Shown: piece by piece, positions 25,201-37,800 of the stretch
Layout of the letters: each line of letters starts with the position of its first letter
Numbering within the stretch: the stretch's first letter is position 1
Assembly (NCBI GenBank): GCA_035084275.1
Contig: CM068771.1
Location: 4,092,001 to 4,156,000 of the forward strand
Direction: 5' to 3'
Source of the DNA: Hydrolagus colliei
Taxonomy: Eukaryota
Length of the DNA stretch: 64,000 nucleotides
Program-made: the position numbers and the translations under genes
The notes under the pieces: model-generated
Told to the model about the DNA's origin: nothing
Database searches by the model: none
The model's input: only the letters and a program-made list of their open reading frames with translations

Positions 25201-25849
25201 TCCCTCCTGATTGTAACCTCAGCTCGGGTCCGAAACACCGACTGTCCGAAACACTGTCCAATCCTTTGGGGGCGTCCTCCAGATGTGAAAGGCGCTACAC
25301 ACACACAAATGTAATCTTTAGATAAACACATGGCCCCGGAAACTTCCCTTTTCCCATGTGAACTTGCCCAGTTCATCTGATCGAGCACTCTCACCTCCAA
25401 CTCAAGGCATCGCTGGCAAATACTACCCTTTCCCCTGCCGAGAGTCACACGATCTTTCACATAAACAGGCAGATGAGTCCTTCGGTCATCCGAAGTATTG
25501 CTACCCCCAGCACAGCACTGGTCAGTCTGTCACGATATCAACAACAACAAAATTTCACGTCAATTTCATGTCAGGAAGAAGTCCCAAGGCGCTGCACTGT
25601 TTTCAGACCCGAGCTGGGGTCGGGGTCGGGGACGGGGACGGGGAGGGTGGAGGGAAACAGGTGGGGGGGATTTGGGGTGACCGATGAAGCGCAAGTCTAT
25701 CAAGATTCTCGTATCTCTCATTTTCAAGGCGCGAGTTCCAACCATTGAGACGTCGATAAGACATGGAAAGTGCTACATAAATGTAAGGACAATTAATATT
25801 ATATTATTATATATTATTATATAATAACTCCTATGATTATTATATAATA

Positions 25850-26225
25850 GCTCCTGTAGTTTAATGGTTAGAGCACTTTGTCTTGCAAGCTGGGGAGACC
25901 AAGCTGGGGAGCCCTGTGTTCGAATCCAGGCAGGTCAGGGCGAAACCTCGGGCAAGTTTCCTTACTCCACACGCCTGATGATAATAATCCCTCCAAAAAC
26001 CACACACAATAATAAAATCGGTCATTTTCAATCCACGGCTGTGTGTGTGTGTGTGGGGGGGGGGGGACGTTGCTGCGCGCCATCGGCTGCCACGTTTCGC
26101 CCACAAATACACAGTCACTTCACTTGGCAGTGTATTCTGTGAAGCATTTTGAGGCGTCGATAAGATGTGAAAAGCGCTATATCAAGGATTGTTCTGATTA
26201 TTCTGATTATTCTTGTATTATTATA
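25850..26225 (+). mobile_element. Full-length tRNA-derived SINE (short subfamily) directly upstream of the RNF5 promoter; representative of dozens of copies in the window
   Basis: A/B-box head, CORE-like CCTCGGGCAAGTTTCCTTAC, central GCTGCCACGTTTCGCCCACAAAT, L2-like hairpin, (ATT)n tail. Other copies: 5360-5710+, 7620-7945-, 10200-10535-, 12615-12925-, 45770-46095-, 49067-49400+, 51370-51710+, 56215-56580-, 58717-59045+, 62930-63220-. Confidence 0.88.
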
Positions 26226-26279
26226 TCATTACAGTAATCTCCTGTCACTGGACTCCAAGCAAAGCACAAAGGACAACAC

Positions 26280-27040
26280 TGGTGATTGACAGGTCTGATG
26301 ACGTCCTCCCATTCATTGCCAAACACAGCTGAGCTTCCGCCGACCCCGCCCTCTCTTGCTCCCGCCCACAGCCTGACGCGCTGCCCAATCAGACTCCACT
26401 TGGTCACGGCAACGACTGTTGACGTGCCGTTCAACCAATGGCGGACGGCGGGGAGGGGGAAGCAGCCAATCAAAATCAAAATGCGGATTCCCGCCTCTCC
26501 CTCCCCCACCGCCACCAGTCGCCAGTGATCGTCTCAACCAATCGCCGGGCTTGCGATCGAGTGACGCTCACGCAACCCCGCCCCCCCACCCCTCCCCTCC
26601 CCGCCGCGCGAATCGCGACGCGCCCCCCAACCTCCCTGGCGCGCCGCCCGTCCGTCACAGCGCCGCGTGTGATCGACGCGCCCGCCGCCCAATCGAGTCG
26701 CCGCTCTTAGGCTCGGGCGCGGCGACTGACCAATCCAAGGCGGCGTTGCTGGGAGAAGCGACCCGCCCCCCTCCCTCCCCCCTCTCCCCTTGGCCGTGAG
26801 GCCCGGATGTTCCCGGTTGGTGACGGGCGGGCGGACGGGGGGGTGGGGGGCGGTGCCGCGCTTGTTATTGTTCAGTCATGGCGGCCGCTGCCGATGGCGA
26901 GGAGCGGGAGAGGGAGCGGGAGAGGCGGCAGCAACCGGGGCCCGACCGCGGGGCGTTCGAGTGTAACATCTGCCTGGACACCGCCAAGGACGCCGTCATC
27001 AGCCTCTGCGGCCACTTGTTCTGGTCAGTGGCGCCGGAGA
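26280..27040 (+). promoter_or_regulatory. CpG-island promoter of RNF5 with six CCAAT boxes and GC boxes
   Basis: CpG-dense. CCAAT at 26385, 26435, 26466, 26538, 26689, 26730; CCCCGCCC motifs; TGACGT at about 26299. Confidence 0.8.
26878..27023 (+). CDS. RNF5: RNF5 exon 1 (RING N-half)
   Basis: ATG GCG GCC..TTC TG|gtcagt. Confidence 0.92.
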
Positions 27041-29008
27041 CAAATAATGCCCCCCCCCCCCCTCCCACACACAGACAGAGACAACCCCCCCCCCCCCCCT
27101 CCCACACACAGACAGAGACAACCCCCCCCCCCCCCCCCTCCCACACACAGACAGAGACAACCCCCCCCCCCTCACACACACAGACAGAGACAACCCCCCC
27201 CCCCCCCTCCCACACACAGACAGAGACAACCCCCCCCCCCCCTCACACACACAGACAGAGACACCCCCCCCCCCCTCACACACACACACACACAGACAGA
27301 GACACCCCCCCCCCTCACACACACACACAGACAGAGACACCCCCCCCCCCCTCCCACACACAGACAGAGACAACCCCCCCCCCCCCTCACACACACAGAC
27401 AGAGACAACCCCCCCCCCCCTCCCACACACAGACAGAGACAACCCCCCCCCCCCCCCCCTCACACACACAGACAGAGACAACCCCCCCCCCCTCACACAC
27501 ACACACACAGACAGAGACACCCCCCCCCCCCTCACACACACAGACAGAGACACCCCCCCCCCTCACACACNNNNNNNNNNNNNNNNNNNNNNNNNNNNNN
27601 NNNNNNNNNNNNNNNNNNNNNNNNNNNNNNNNNNNNNNNNNNNNNNNNNNNNNNNNNNNNNNNNNNNNNNNNNNNNNNNNNNNNNNNNNNNNNNNNNNNN
27701 NNNNNNNNNNCACACACACACACAGACAGAGACACCCCCCCCCCCCCTCACACACACACACAGACAGAGACACCCCCCCCCCCTCACACACACACACAGA
27801 CAGAGACACCCCCCCCCCCCCTCACACACACACGCAGACAAAGACACCCCCCCCTCACACACACACACAGACAGAGACACCCCCCCCCCCTCACACACAC
27901 ACACAGACAGAGACACCCCCCCCCACACACACACAGACAGAGACACCCCCCCCCCCCACACACACACAGACACACAGACAGACAGAGACACCCCCCCCCT
28001 CACACACANNNNNNNNNNNNNNNNNNNNNNNNNNNNNNNNNNNNNNNNNNNNNNNNNNNNNNNNNNNNNNNNNNNNNNNNNNNNNNNNNNNNNNNNNNNN
28101 NNNNNNNNNNNNNNNNNNNNNNNNNNNNNNNNNNNNNNNNNNNNNCTCACACACAGACACACAGACAGAGACACCCCCCCCCACACACACAGACAGCAGA
28201 CAGACAGAGACACCCCCCCCCTCACACACACACAGACAGAGACACCCCCCCCCACACACACATACAGACACCCCCCCCTCCCACACACACAGACACCCCC
28301 CCCTCCCACACACACATACACACGACAGAGACCCCCCCCCCCCCCCCCCACACACACACACAGACAGAGACACCCCCCCCCACACACATACAGACAGAGA
28401 CACCCTCCCTCCCACACACACACACACAGACAGAGACACCCCCCCCACACACACACACAGACAGAGACACCCCCCCCCCTCCCACACACAGAGAGAGACA
28501 CCCCCCACACACACATACACACACACACATACAGACACCCCCACCCAAACACATACACACACAGACAGACAGAGACACACACCCCCACACACACACACAC
28601 ACACATACAGACACCCCCCCCCAAACACATACACACAGACAGACAGATACACCCCCCCACACACAGAGNNNNNNNNNNNNNNNNNNNNNNNNNNNNNNNN
28701 NNNNNNNNNNNNNNNNNNNNNNNNNNNNNNNNNNNNNNNNNNNNNNNNNNNNNNNNNNNNNNNNNNNNNNNNNNNNNNNNNNNNNNNNNNNNNNNNNNNN
28801 NNNNNNNNNNNNNNNNNNNNNNNNNNNNNNNNNNNNNNNNNNNNNNNNNNNNNNNNNNNNNNNNNNNNNNNNNNNNNNNNNNNNNNNNNNNNNNNNNNNN
28901 NNNNNNNNNNNNNNNNNNNNNNNNNNNNNNNNNNNNNNNNNNNNNNNNNNNNNNNNNNNNNNNNNNNNNNNNNNNACACACACAGATAGTGGGTACTCAC
29001 TCCCCCCC

Positions 29009-29047
<39 letters not shown>

Positions 29048-32000
29048 ACAGTGTGGGTACTCACCCCACCCATCCACACATCCACAGACACACACACACA
29101 GACAGTGGGTACTCACCCCTCTCCCCCCCACCCCCACAGACACACCCTCACACACACAGACAGTAGGTATTCACTCCCCACCCCCACCACACACAGACAC
29201 ACAGTGGGTACTCAACCCCCCCCACACACACACACACACACAATGACATACACACACACACAGAGTGGGCACCCACCCCTCCCCCCACACACACATACAC
29301 ACGCACAGTGGGCTCCCCCCCCCCCCCACATCCGCACACATTCAGTGGGCACTTCACATCTCAAGCTTTGCCCACCATCAGAGTCAGGCCTTCAGACTCT
29401 GTCCCCCATTCTTTTTGGAACTGCATCCCACGCTCCCTCCGTCTCGTCCCCTTCCCTGGTCTTCTTCAAGATCCCCCCCCCCCCCCTCCTTCCTCCCTCT
29501 TCGACCGTGCCTTCAGTCATCCGCCTCCCCACCACCCTTCACCCCCCCCTGATCCCAGCCTTCCAGGTCGGGTGAGGATGCCAGATTGTCCAGCGCTTTG
29601 GGACACCTTTCTCATGTAAAAGGCTCTGTGTAAATGCAATGCGTGATTGTTGTTATCCTATCGCTCAACGTTGCCTTAATAATAATAATCCTTGCTTTTG
29701 TAATAGCGCTTTTCACGTCGCAGAACGCACTATAAAGGGATACTGACTGTATATTTGTGGGCCAAACACGGCAGCTTGACACCGGGAGAGGGAAATTGTC
29801 CTTCTCGTTTCGAACATTGCCACGGGATCTGTAACATCCACCTTTGACCAGGCACATGAGTCGGAAACTCAGATTAACGTCTCATCTAAAGAGTAAACAG
29901 TAAAAGCCCGTTTATCCGGCACCCTTGGGACCTGGCCAATGCCGGTTAAAGCGCGTGCCGGATATTCAGCCGAAAATGTCAAAACAAAATTTAATGCATT
30001 TTTCCGGATAAATTCCAGTTAATCGAATGCGGACCTTTTTGTTTTGAGGTGCCGGTTATACGGACGTTACGGTTGATCGGGTGCCGGATAAACGGGCTTT
30101 TACTGTATTTTGCCTCGAGGTCAGACTGAAAGTGTGGCTTATTTCTGGTTAAAAAAATAATAAGAATTATAATCCTTGCACTTGATATTGCGCTTCATCG
30201 CCTCTTTGAGACGTCTCGAAAGCGCTTCACAGAATTCACTGCGAAGGGAATTGACTGTGTGTATTGCTGGGGCGAAAGTTGGCAGCCAATTGCACACAGG
30301 TACCTGGGAGCCAGAGTTTGTTTGGGCGCAGTCAGCAACTGAGAGCGTTAGCTAATGCTGGCTCAGTGCGGGTCATTGTTTCGCTCTTGGAAAGAGTCCA
30401 GGCTGCGTGGAGAGGGGCACGGTGACATGCAGCCGGACACTACGCTCAGCGTTTTTCCTGCGTTTCTTGTCCTGTCGCTGATGCACAGCAACAACCTGCA
30501 AAAGTGAGCAATGGATTTCAGCTGCCAGTGGTTGGTTTGTGAGAGCTTTGGCTGGGAATGAGTGGGGGGAGTAAGGGATGGTGTCCAGATATGGGCCTTT
30601 CGCCCACACGTATACAGTCGGTATTCCTGCTCTCTTTCCCCCTCCCCTTGCCATCTCTCCCCCCCTTACCCTCTTTCACTCCTTCCTCCCCTGACCCCAC
30701 TTCCACGGCTGTTTGTGGGACACTGCCGTGCGCAGTTTGGCTGCCGCGTTTCGCCCATAAATATACAGTCAATTCTCCTGCTCTCCTTCATCCATCTTGC
30801 CCCGAATCCCTCCTAAACTCACAAACTCGGTCACACCCATACTCACTTGCTCTAAACTCCGGCCCCCTCACCATCACACCAGTCCTTGCCAGGCTCCACT
30901 GGCTCCCAGTTACCAAACACATCGATGTCAAGATTCCTCTCACTCATTTTCAAATCCCTTCATCCCTTCCCATCTCCCTACTTCTTTGAGTTGCTTACAC
31001 CCTGTTCCACCACCCGCTGCCTTCGCTCGGCCGGCTTCGGCCTCCTATTCGTCTCCCACCCCCCCCCAACTCCCTCTCCCTCTCTCCCTGGCTCAGGGTC
31101 GGACTTCACCTCTGTTGAGTTGTTGTTGTGGATGCTGTACTGAGAAGTACTGTTGTGATGATGTGCAGTTAAAGAATTGCACAACACAATAACATTGTGT
31201 GATTCGCAGCAGATGGCAATGAGATCTCTTTGGACAATGAATGTTTTACAGGCTAATTATATACAGTAATTAGTAACATGCAGCCTGGCTCAGTCAGTCA
31301 GGCTGGGCTCTCCCTCGCCACCGGCTCAAACAACAACAACAAAATTACATTTATAGAGCTCCTTTCACGTCGGGAGGACGTCCCAAAGCGCTGAACAGTC
31401 ATGTTTGGGATCCGAGCGGGGGGTGGGGAGGGTAGGGGGGAAGGGGAAGGAGAGTAGGAGAGGTGGAGGAGTTAGGAGGGGAGCAGAAGGCACGGACGAA
31501 GAGGAAGGTCTTGAGGCCGGCCTTGAAGGAGGAAAGGGAGGGAGCGAGGAGAAGGGATTGCGGGATGGAGTTCCAGAGAGTGGGGGGCAGAGAGGCTGAA
31601 AGCCCGGCCACCGATGGTTGGGCGGTTAGGGTGGTAGGCGCAGAACAGACCTGAGTCTGCTGAATGGAGGGGAGACGGGCAGGCTGATGGGGAGACAGCA
31701 GGTCGGAAAGATAGGCGGCGGGGGCGGCGAGGCCATGAATGGCCTTGAAGGTGAGGACGAGGATCTTGAATTCGATCCTCTGGGGGCCAGTGTAGACGGG
31801 CGAGGGCGGGAGTGACGTGGTCATGGAGCCTGGTGCGGGAGAGTACTCCAGCCGCAGAGGGACGTGGGTTCAAGCTCCAGACTTTGAGCTCACAGTGTAA
31901 CCTGTTGGTGCAGGGCAGAGCTGGGGGAGGGGAGAACTGCGCTGTGGGAGGTGCTATCTTTCAGTTAAGCCAAAGAAGGTCAAGTTAAATGTCCCACGTG

Positions 32001-34802
32001 CTATTTGGAGAGTAGACTGGGAGCTCCTGGCTGGGCAGCGGCTGATATTAATAATAATAATAATTGTTGCATATGATATAATGCCTCGACACGTCGTTGA
32101 GACGTCTCAAAGTGCTTCACAAAGTATACTGTAAAGCGGATCGACTAGTGTATTTTGTGGACGAAACGCGGCAGCCAGTTGCCTACAGCTGCGTCCCACA
32201 NNNNNNNNNNNNNNNNNNNNNNNNNNNNNNNNNNNNNNNNNNNNNNNNNNNNNNNNNNNNNNNNNNNNNNNNNNNNNNNNNNNNNNNNNNNNNNNNNNNN
32301 NNNNNNNNNNNNNNNNNNNNNNNNNNNNNNNNNNNNNNNNNNNNNNNNNNNNNNNNNNNNNNNNNNNNNNNNNNNNNNNNNNNNNNNNNNNNNNNNNNNN
32401 NNNNNNNNNNNNNNNNNNNNNNNNNNNNNNNNNNNNNNNNNNNNNNNNNNNNNNNNNNNNNNNNNNNNNNNNNNNNNNNNNNNNNNNNNNNNNNNNNNNN
32501 NNNNNNNNNNNNNNNNNNNNNNNNNNNNNNNNNNNNNNNNNNNNNNNNNNNNNNNNNNNNNNNNNNNNNNNNNNNNNNNNNNNNNNNNNNNNNNNNNNNN
32601 NNNNNNNNNNNNNNNNNNNNNNNNNNNNNNNNNNNNNNNGTTGGGAGGGCAGCAGAAGGCATGGTCGAAGAGGGAGGGTCTTGAGACTGGCCTTGAAGGA
32701 GGCGAGGGAGGGAGGGAGGGAGCGAGGCGAAGGGACTGTGGGATGGAGGGCACACTCATGTATTACGGTGATATAAACATCGGGACAGACTGAGATGTGT
32801 TGGGTTAGGTGGGTGCTTGAGTAAAGGAAACATTTGATAACGTAATACGTGTCTGAACTTTGCCTCTTGCGACAGGAGTTTGCGATTGTCTCATTTCACG
32901 TGTTCTCTCTGCTCCTCCTGTGTTATCCACGGCCGTTTGTGGGACTCCGCTGTGCGCAATGGACTGCTGCCATTTTGGCCACACACAACACCCAGTCAAT
33001 TCACTGGAGACGTCTCTCGGAAGGCACCTGTATCAAACGCAAGGATTATTATTGTTGTGCTGATACCTCCCCTCCTCCGCTTCCCCAGCCACTCAACCAA
33101 CCGTCTGCTAACGGGGATTTGCTCTTAATCCAGAGATTTCACGCTCTGAATAATTGATTCTGTCTGCCCCCCAACCCTGATACTCTGGGTGGCTGACACT
33201 GCCCAGCTTGAGGGCTGCTATACAAATACAAATTGTTGTTATCCCAATTATATAGCGCCTCTCATGTCAGGAGGACGTCCCAAAGCGCAGAACAGTCAGG
33301 TCGGGACCTGAGCAGTGGGGGGGAGGGGAAGGGGATGGAGAAAAATTAGTGGGGGCAGTCAAAGGTGGGATCGAAGAGGAAGGTCTTGAGACAACAACAG
33401 CTTGCCTTTATACAGCGCCTTTCACGTGGGGCGGGGGGGGGGGGGGGGTGGGGAGGAGGTCCTGGAACGCTTGACAGTGGCGGAGTCTGAACCTTAGCCA
33501 ACAGGAGGGGAAGTGGGGGAGGTGATCGTAAAAAAATAAATAATAATAATTTTGTCACGTAATCCATGTTTCCTTACTCCACATGCCTCTCGTTTACCTC
33601 TCGTTTACCCAGCAATAGGTAGTAACCCAGTTGTCAGTCAAATGCCAGGTCATTTTTCCGCGGATAATAATTTCCTTTTAAAAAAAATAATGAATTGGTC
33701 ATTTCAATCCACGGTTGTTTGTGGGGACACTGCTGTGCGCGATTGACTGCCACGTCTCTCCTACAAAATACAGTCAATTCACTTTACAGTGTATCCGGTG
33801 AAGCGCTTTGAAACGTCTCTTAAGACGATTAGACGCAATATCAATTGCAAGGATGATTATAAGGCGTTGTACACATATTCAATGATTATTTTATTAGTGC
33901 TGTTGTTATTAGAAGTTGATTTGGTCAGGATTTCCTCCTTGCATTATTTCCATTCCATGACTGAACCCCATGTGCTTCTAGCCTATGCGTTTCATCTCAC
34001 GGCTGCTATTTCGCGAGCGAGGATGTCAATCAGACTTGTTACGGCAAATTTCCTTACTCCATATGCCTCTTGTTTCCTGAGCAGTACACAGGAACCCTCA
34101 CATTACTTGATTGGTCGATCGCTTTCGGGTGGTGGGGGGGTAATAATCCCTTCAAAAAATAATAACTCGATCATTCAATCCGTTCCTGTTTGTGCGAGAC
34201 TGCTGTTAAGAGCATAAGAATTAGGAGCAGGAGTAGGCCATTCAGCCCCTCGAGCCTGCCCCGCCATTCAGTAAGATCATGGCTGATCTATTCTAGCTCT
34301 ACCTGCCTTATCCCCATATCCCTTAATCCCTTGATCCATAAGAAATCTATCAATCTCAGTCTTGAATATATGTTCAGGGACTGACTGAGCATCCACAGCC
34401 CTTTGGGGTAGAGAATTCCATAAATTCACTACCTCTTGAGTGAAGAATTTTTTTCTCAACTCAGTGCGAAATGGCTGACTTCTAATTTAAGACTGTGATG
34501 GTTTCGTCCTGAGCTGGAGGTTGGAAAACAGTTTCTCCAACCAGGGAAAATAGTCTCCCACTATCTACTCTGTCGTGCCCTTTAATAATCTGATAGGTTT
34601 CAATAAGATCCCCTCTCGTTCTTCTATATTCTAGAGAATATAGGCCTAGATCTAGAGAATGTAGATGGGGGAAGGTTAAGACCTATTGACTGAATGCAGC
34701 CAAAGTGCAGGCCCTCTCAGGGTCGCACTGTCTCCGCTGAGTATTTAGATGATTCCGAGTTTAACAGTGTTCGGAGACTTCTGGACATCAGTGCATTCCC
34801 GG

Positions 34803-34838
<36 letters not shown>

Positions 34839-37800
34839 AAGGGAGCCTGTGCTGGCCTGTGGTGGTTGCGTGTGCAGGATTGCTGTTTTGCTGTGCTGTC
34901 ACTTGTCTGACCTATTTTTCTCCCTCTCTCTCCTGGTGCCTCCTATGTATGATGAGCAGCTGGCCATGTCTCCATCAGGTAAGACCTCCATCATTTTCCT
35001 CAACCACCCTTCCCTCCCCACCCTCAAGCTCCTCGCTACTGGGGCCAGTGCTGCAGGTAATAGTAACTGTTGCATTTGATAAAGCACCTTATCGTGTCTT
35101 CGAGGCATCTCACAACAGTTCACAGAACGTAGCGTAAAGTGAATTGACTATATTTTGTGGGCGACACATGGAGGCCAATTGCGCACAGCAGCGTCCCCAC
35201 AAACAGTCGTGGATTAAGGTGACTATATATATACGTATATATTCAGGAATCTGAATATACTAGGTATTCAGATGAAGGGTCAGGATTACCTGCCTCCTGT
35301 CTGGATCCCCAGAGGGTCCTGACCACATTCACCATCTCCAGTAAATGTTCTCCTCATTGTGTTTTTAATCTTATTTATATATTTATTAAACTTTTATTTT
35401 AATTTTCAAAAACAGTGGTGTTGTTTTGGGTCTTTTATTTCATATTCGTGTCAGAAAATTTGGACCAGAAATGTACTGAAGGAACGTAACCCCTATTGAT
35501 AGCGTTTAGGGCCTGTGGTCATTTAGGTTTTGCTATACAGTACATTGTTTCGCTCAAAATAGCACTTTTCAGGAACACATCCCCAACGTTAATTGAGGAG
35601 TCCCAGTACATATAAAATATATATATATATGTGTGTGTGTATCAGTTTTCTCGTTTCCAACCCCCTGTACCTCCCCCCCCCCCCCCCTCACCCACCCGTA
35701 CCTTTATAAAGTGAATCAACCTTTATAAATCTAGGCGTCCTGCAACATCGTGGTTAGAGTGCTCGCCTCGCATGTAAGCGAGAGGATCCAGGTTCAATTT
35801 GATCCTCAGGCTGGATGAAGCTGCAGGCAACTTTCATACTCACGCCTCTGTTTACCCGAGCAGTGCATAGGAACCTGATTTTGAGATGGCGTAGGCTTTA
35901 CCTGGGGGGGTAATATTCCTTTCAAAGAAATAACGATAGTTTAGATACTCAATCCCTGACTTTGTGTACACTGCTGTGTGCAATTGACTGCAGAGTTTTG
36001 CCAGCAAAACACATCCATTGAAAATAAAGTGGTCACTGAATCCATGAGACTGTTGTTCCAGGTTTCTCTCACAAAATAAATAGTAAATTCACTTTACAAT
36101 AGATTCTGTGAAGCGCTTTGAGATGTCTCAATGACCTGATAAGGTGCTGCATTAAATGCAAGGATTATTATTCTTACCCTTGTCCATCACCTCATTAACG
36201 CTTTCATCAAGCCAAGGCGTTTGACTCTATAAACCACGGAGTCCTGTAGCTCAGTGGTTACAGCACTTGCCTTGCAAGCGAGAGCACCTGAGTTCGATTC
36301 CCCGTAGGGCGAAACATTGGGCAAGTTTCCTTGTTTACCACACGCCACTGTTTACCTAGCAGTAAGTAGGAACCTGTTGTATTAGTCGATTTCGTGGGTG
36401 ATAATTCCTTCAAAACACATGAAAATAATCCGATTACTCAATCCATGATGTTTGTGCGGAAACGGCTGTTTGCAATTTGCCGCCGCGTTTCGCCCACAAA
36501 ATCTAGTTAATTCACTTTACAGTATATTCTGCGAAGCTCTTTGGGGACATCTGGAAAACGTAATAAGATGCTATAGCAAATGAAACGATGATTATTATCG
36601 TGGAAGTCCTGCAGCTCAGTGGTTAGATTCTCCCAAGAGAGAGAGACCTGGGTTTGATTCTAGGCTGGGCGAACCCTTGGGCAAGTTTCCTTACTCAACA
36701 TGCCTGATGATAATCCTTTAATAAAAAAATATTTTTTAATTGGTCACATCGATCCCTGACTGTTTGTGGGACACTGCAGTGTGCAATCGGCTGCCGCCTT
36801 TCGCCCACAAATATCCAATCGGTTTACTTTAGCGTATATTCTGTGAACCGCTTTGAGGCATCTTAAGATGTCATGAAAAAGCCCTGTATCAAATGCAAGG
36901 ATTATTAATATTATTTCAATACGAATTCCATCCCTGATCAGCGCTTTGAGACTCTTGTTTGAAGGTGTGAGGGTTGGGGTGTTGCTGTTGTTCTACTGCT
37001 AGGTGTCGTGAGTGCGTGTGCTGTTCTGACATCTCCCTGCCTCCCTCCCTGTGCAGTGGTTAGAGACCAGACCTGACCGACAGGAATGTCCTGTCTGCAA
37101 GGCCGGGATCAGCCGTGAGAAAGTCATCCCTCTGTATGGCAGGGGCAGCACCAGCCAGGAGGACCCCAGGTACGGGTGGGGGGGGTCAGCGCCCGCAGTG
37201 TCTGTCTGTTCGGGGGTTGGGGGAGTGTGGCATTAGCTCTGCTTGGGTGGGCTGGGCTGTCAATCACCACGCTGAGGGGGCGGGGCTATTGCTCTGACTG
37301 GGTTGGGGGCGGGGCTATTGTTCTGACAGTGTTGGGGGCGGGGTTACTGTCATGACAGGGCTGGGGGTGGGGCTATATTCTAATGTATTTGGGGGCAGGG
37401 TTATTGCTCTGATGTGTTTGGGGCGGGGCTATTGTCCTGGCGGGGCTGGGGGCGGGACTATTGTCATGACTAGTGTTGGGGGCGGAGCTACTGCTCTGAC
37501 AGGGCTGGGTGGGGGGGCTATTGCTCTGACTTTTTCGGGGCGTTGCTATTGTCCTGACAGGGTAGTGGGCGGGACTATTGCTCTGACGGGGTTCTGGGCG
37601 GGGCTATTGTTCTGACAGGTTGTGGGCGGGGCTATTCTGGGTATTGGGGAGGGTGGGAGTGAGCGAGGGAGGGGAGTGTGGGAGTGAGCGAGGGGTGGGA
37701 GTGAGCGAGGGAGGGGAGTGTGGGAGTGAGCGAGGGAGGGGAATGTGGGAGTGAGTGAGGGAGGGGAGGGAGTGAGTGAGAGAGGGAGGGGAGGGTGGGA

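Noticed and set aside
9000-26280. AGPAT1 expected by synteny
   Set aside because: No NHQS, FIDR or FPEGT coding sequence found by eye on the minus strand; only a faint C-terminal resemblance, reported as an unverified finding.
26807-29575. Very long ORFs (922, 703, 472 aa) across RNF5 intron 1
   Set aside because: Artefacts of a stop-poor C/A minisatellite and N gaps. Only 26878-27023 is RNF5 coding.
36238-36310. tRNA genes (A-box TAGCTCAGTGG, B-box GTTCGATTCC) here and in many other places
   Set aside because: They are SINE heads continuing into the SINE body; no acceptor stem or cloverleaf closure.
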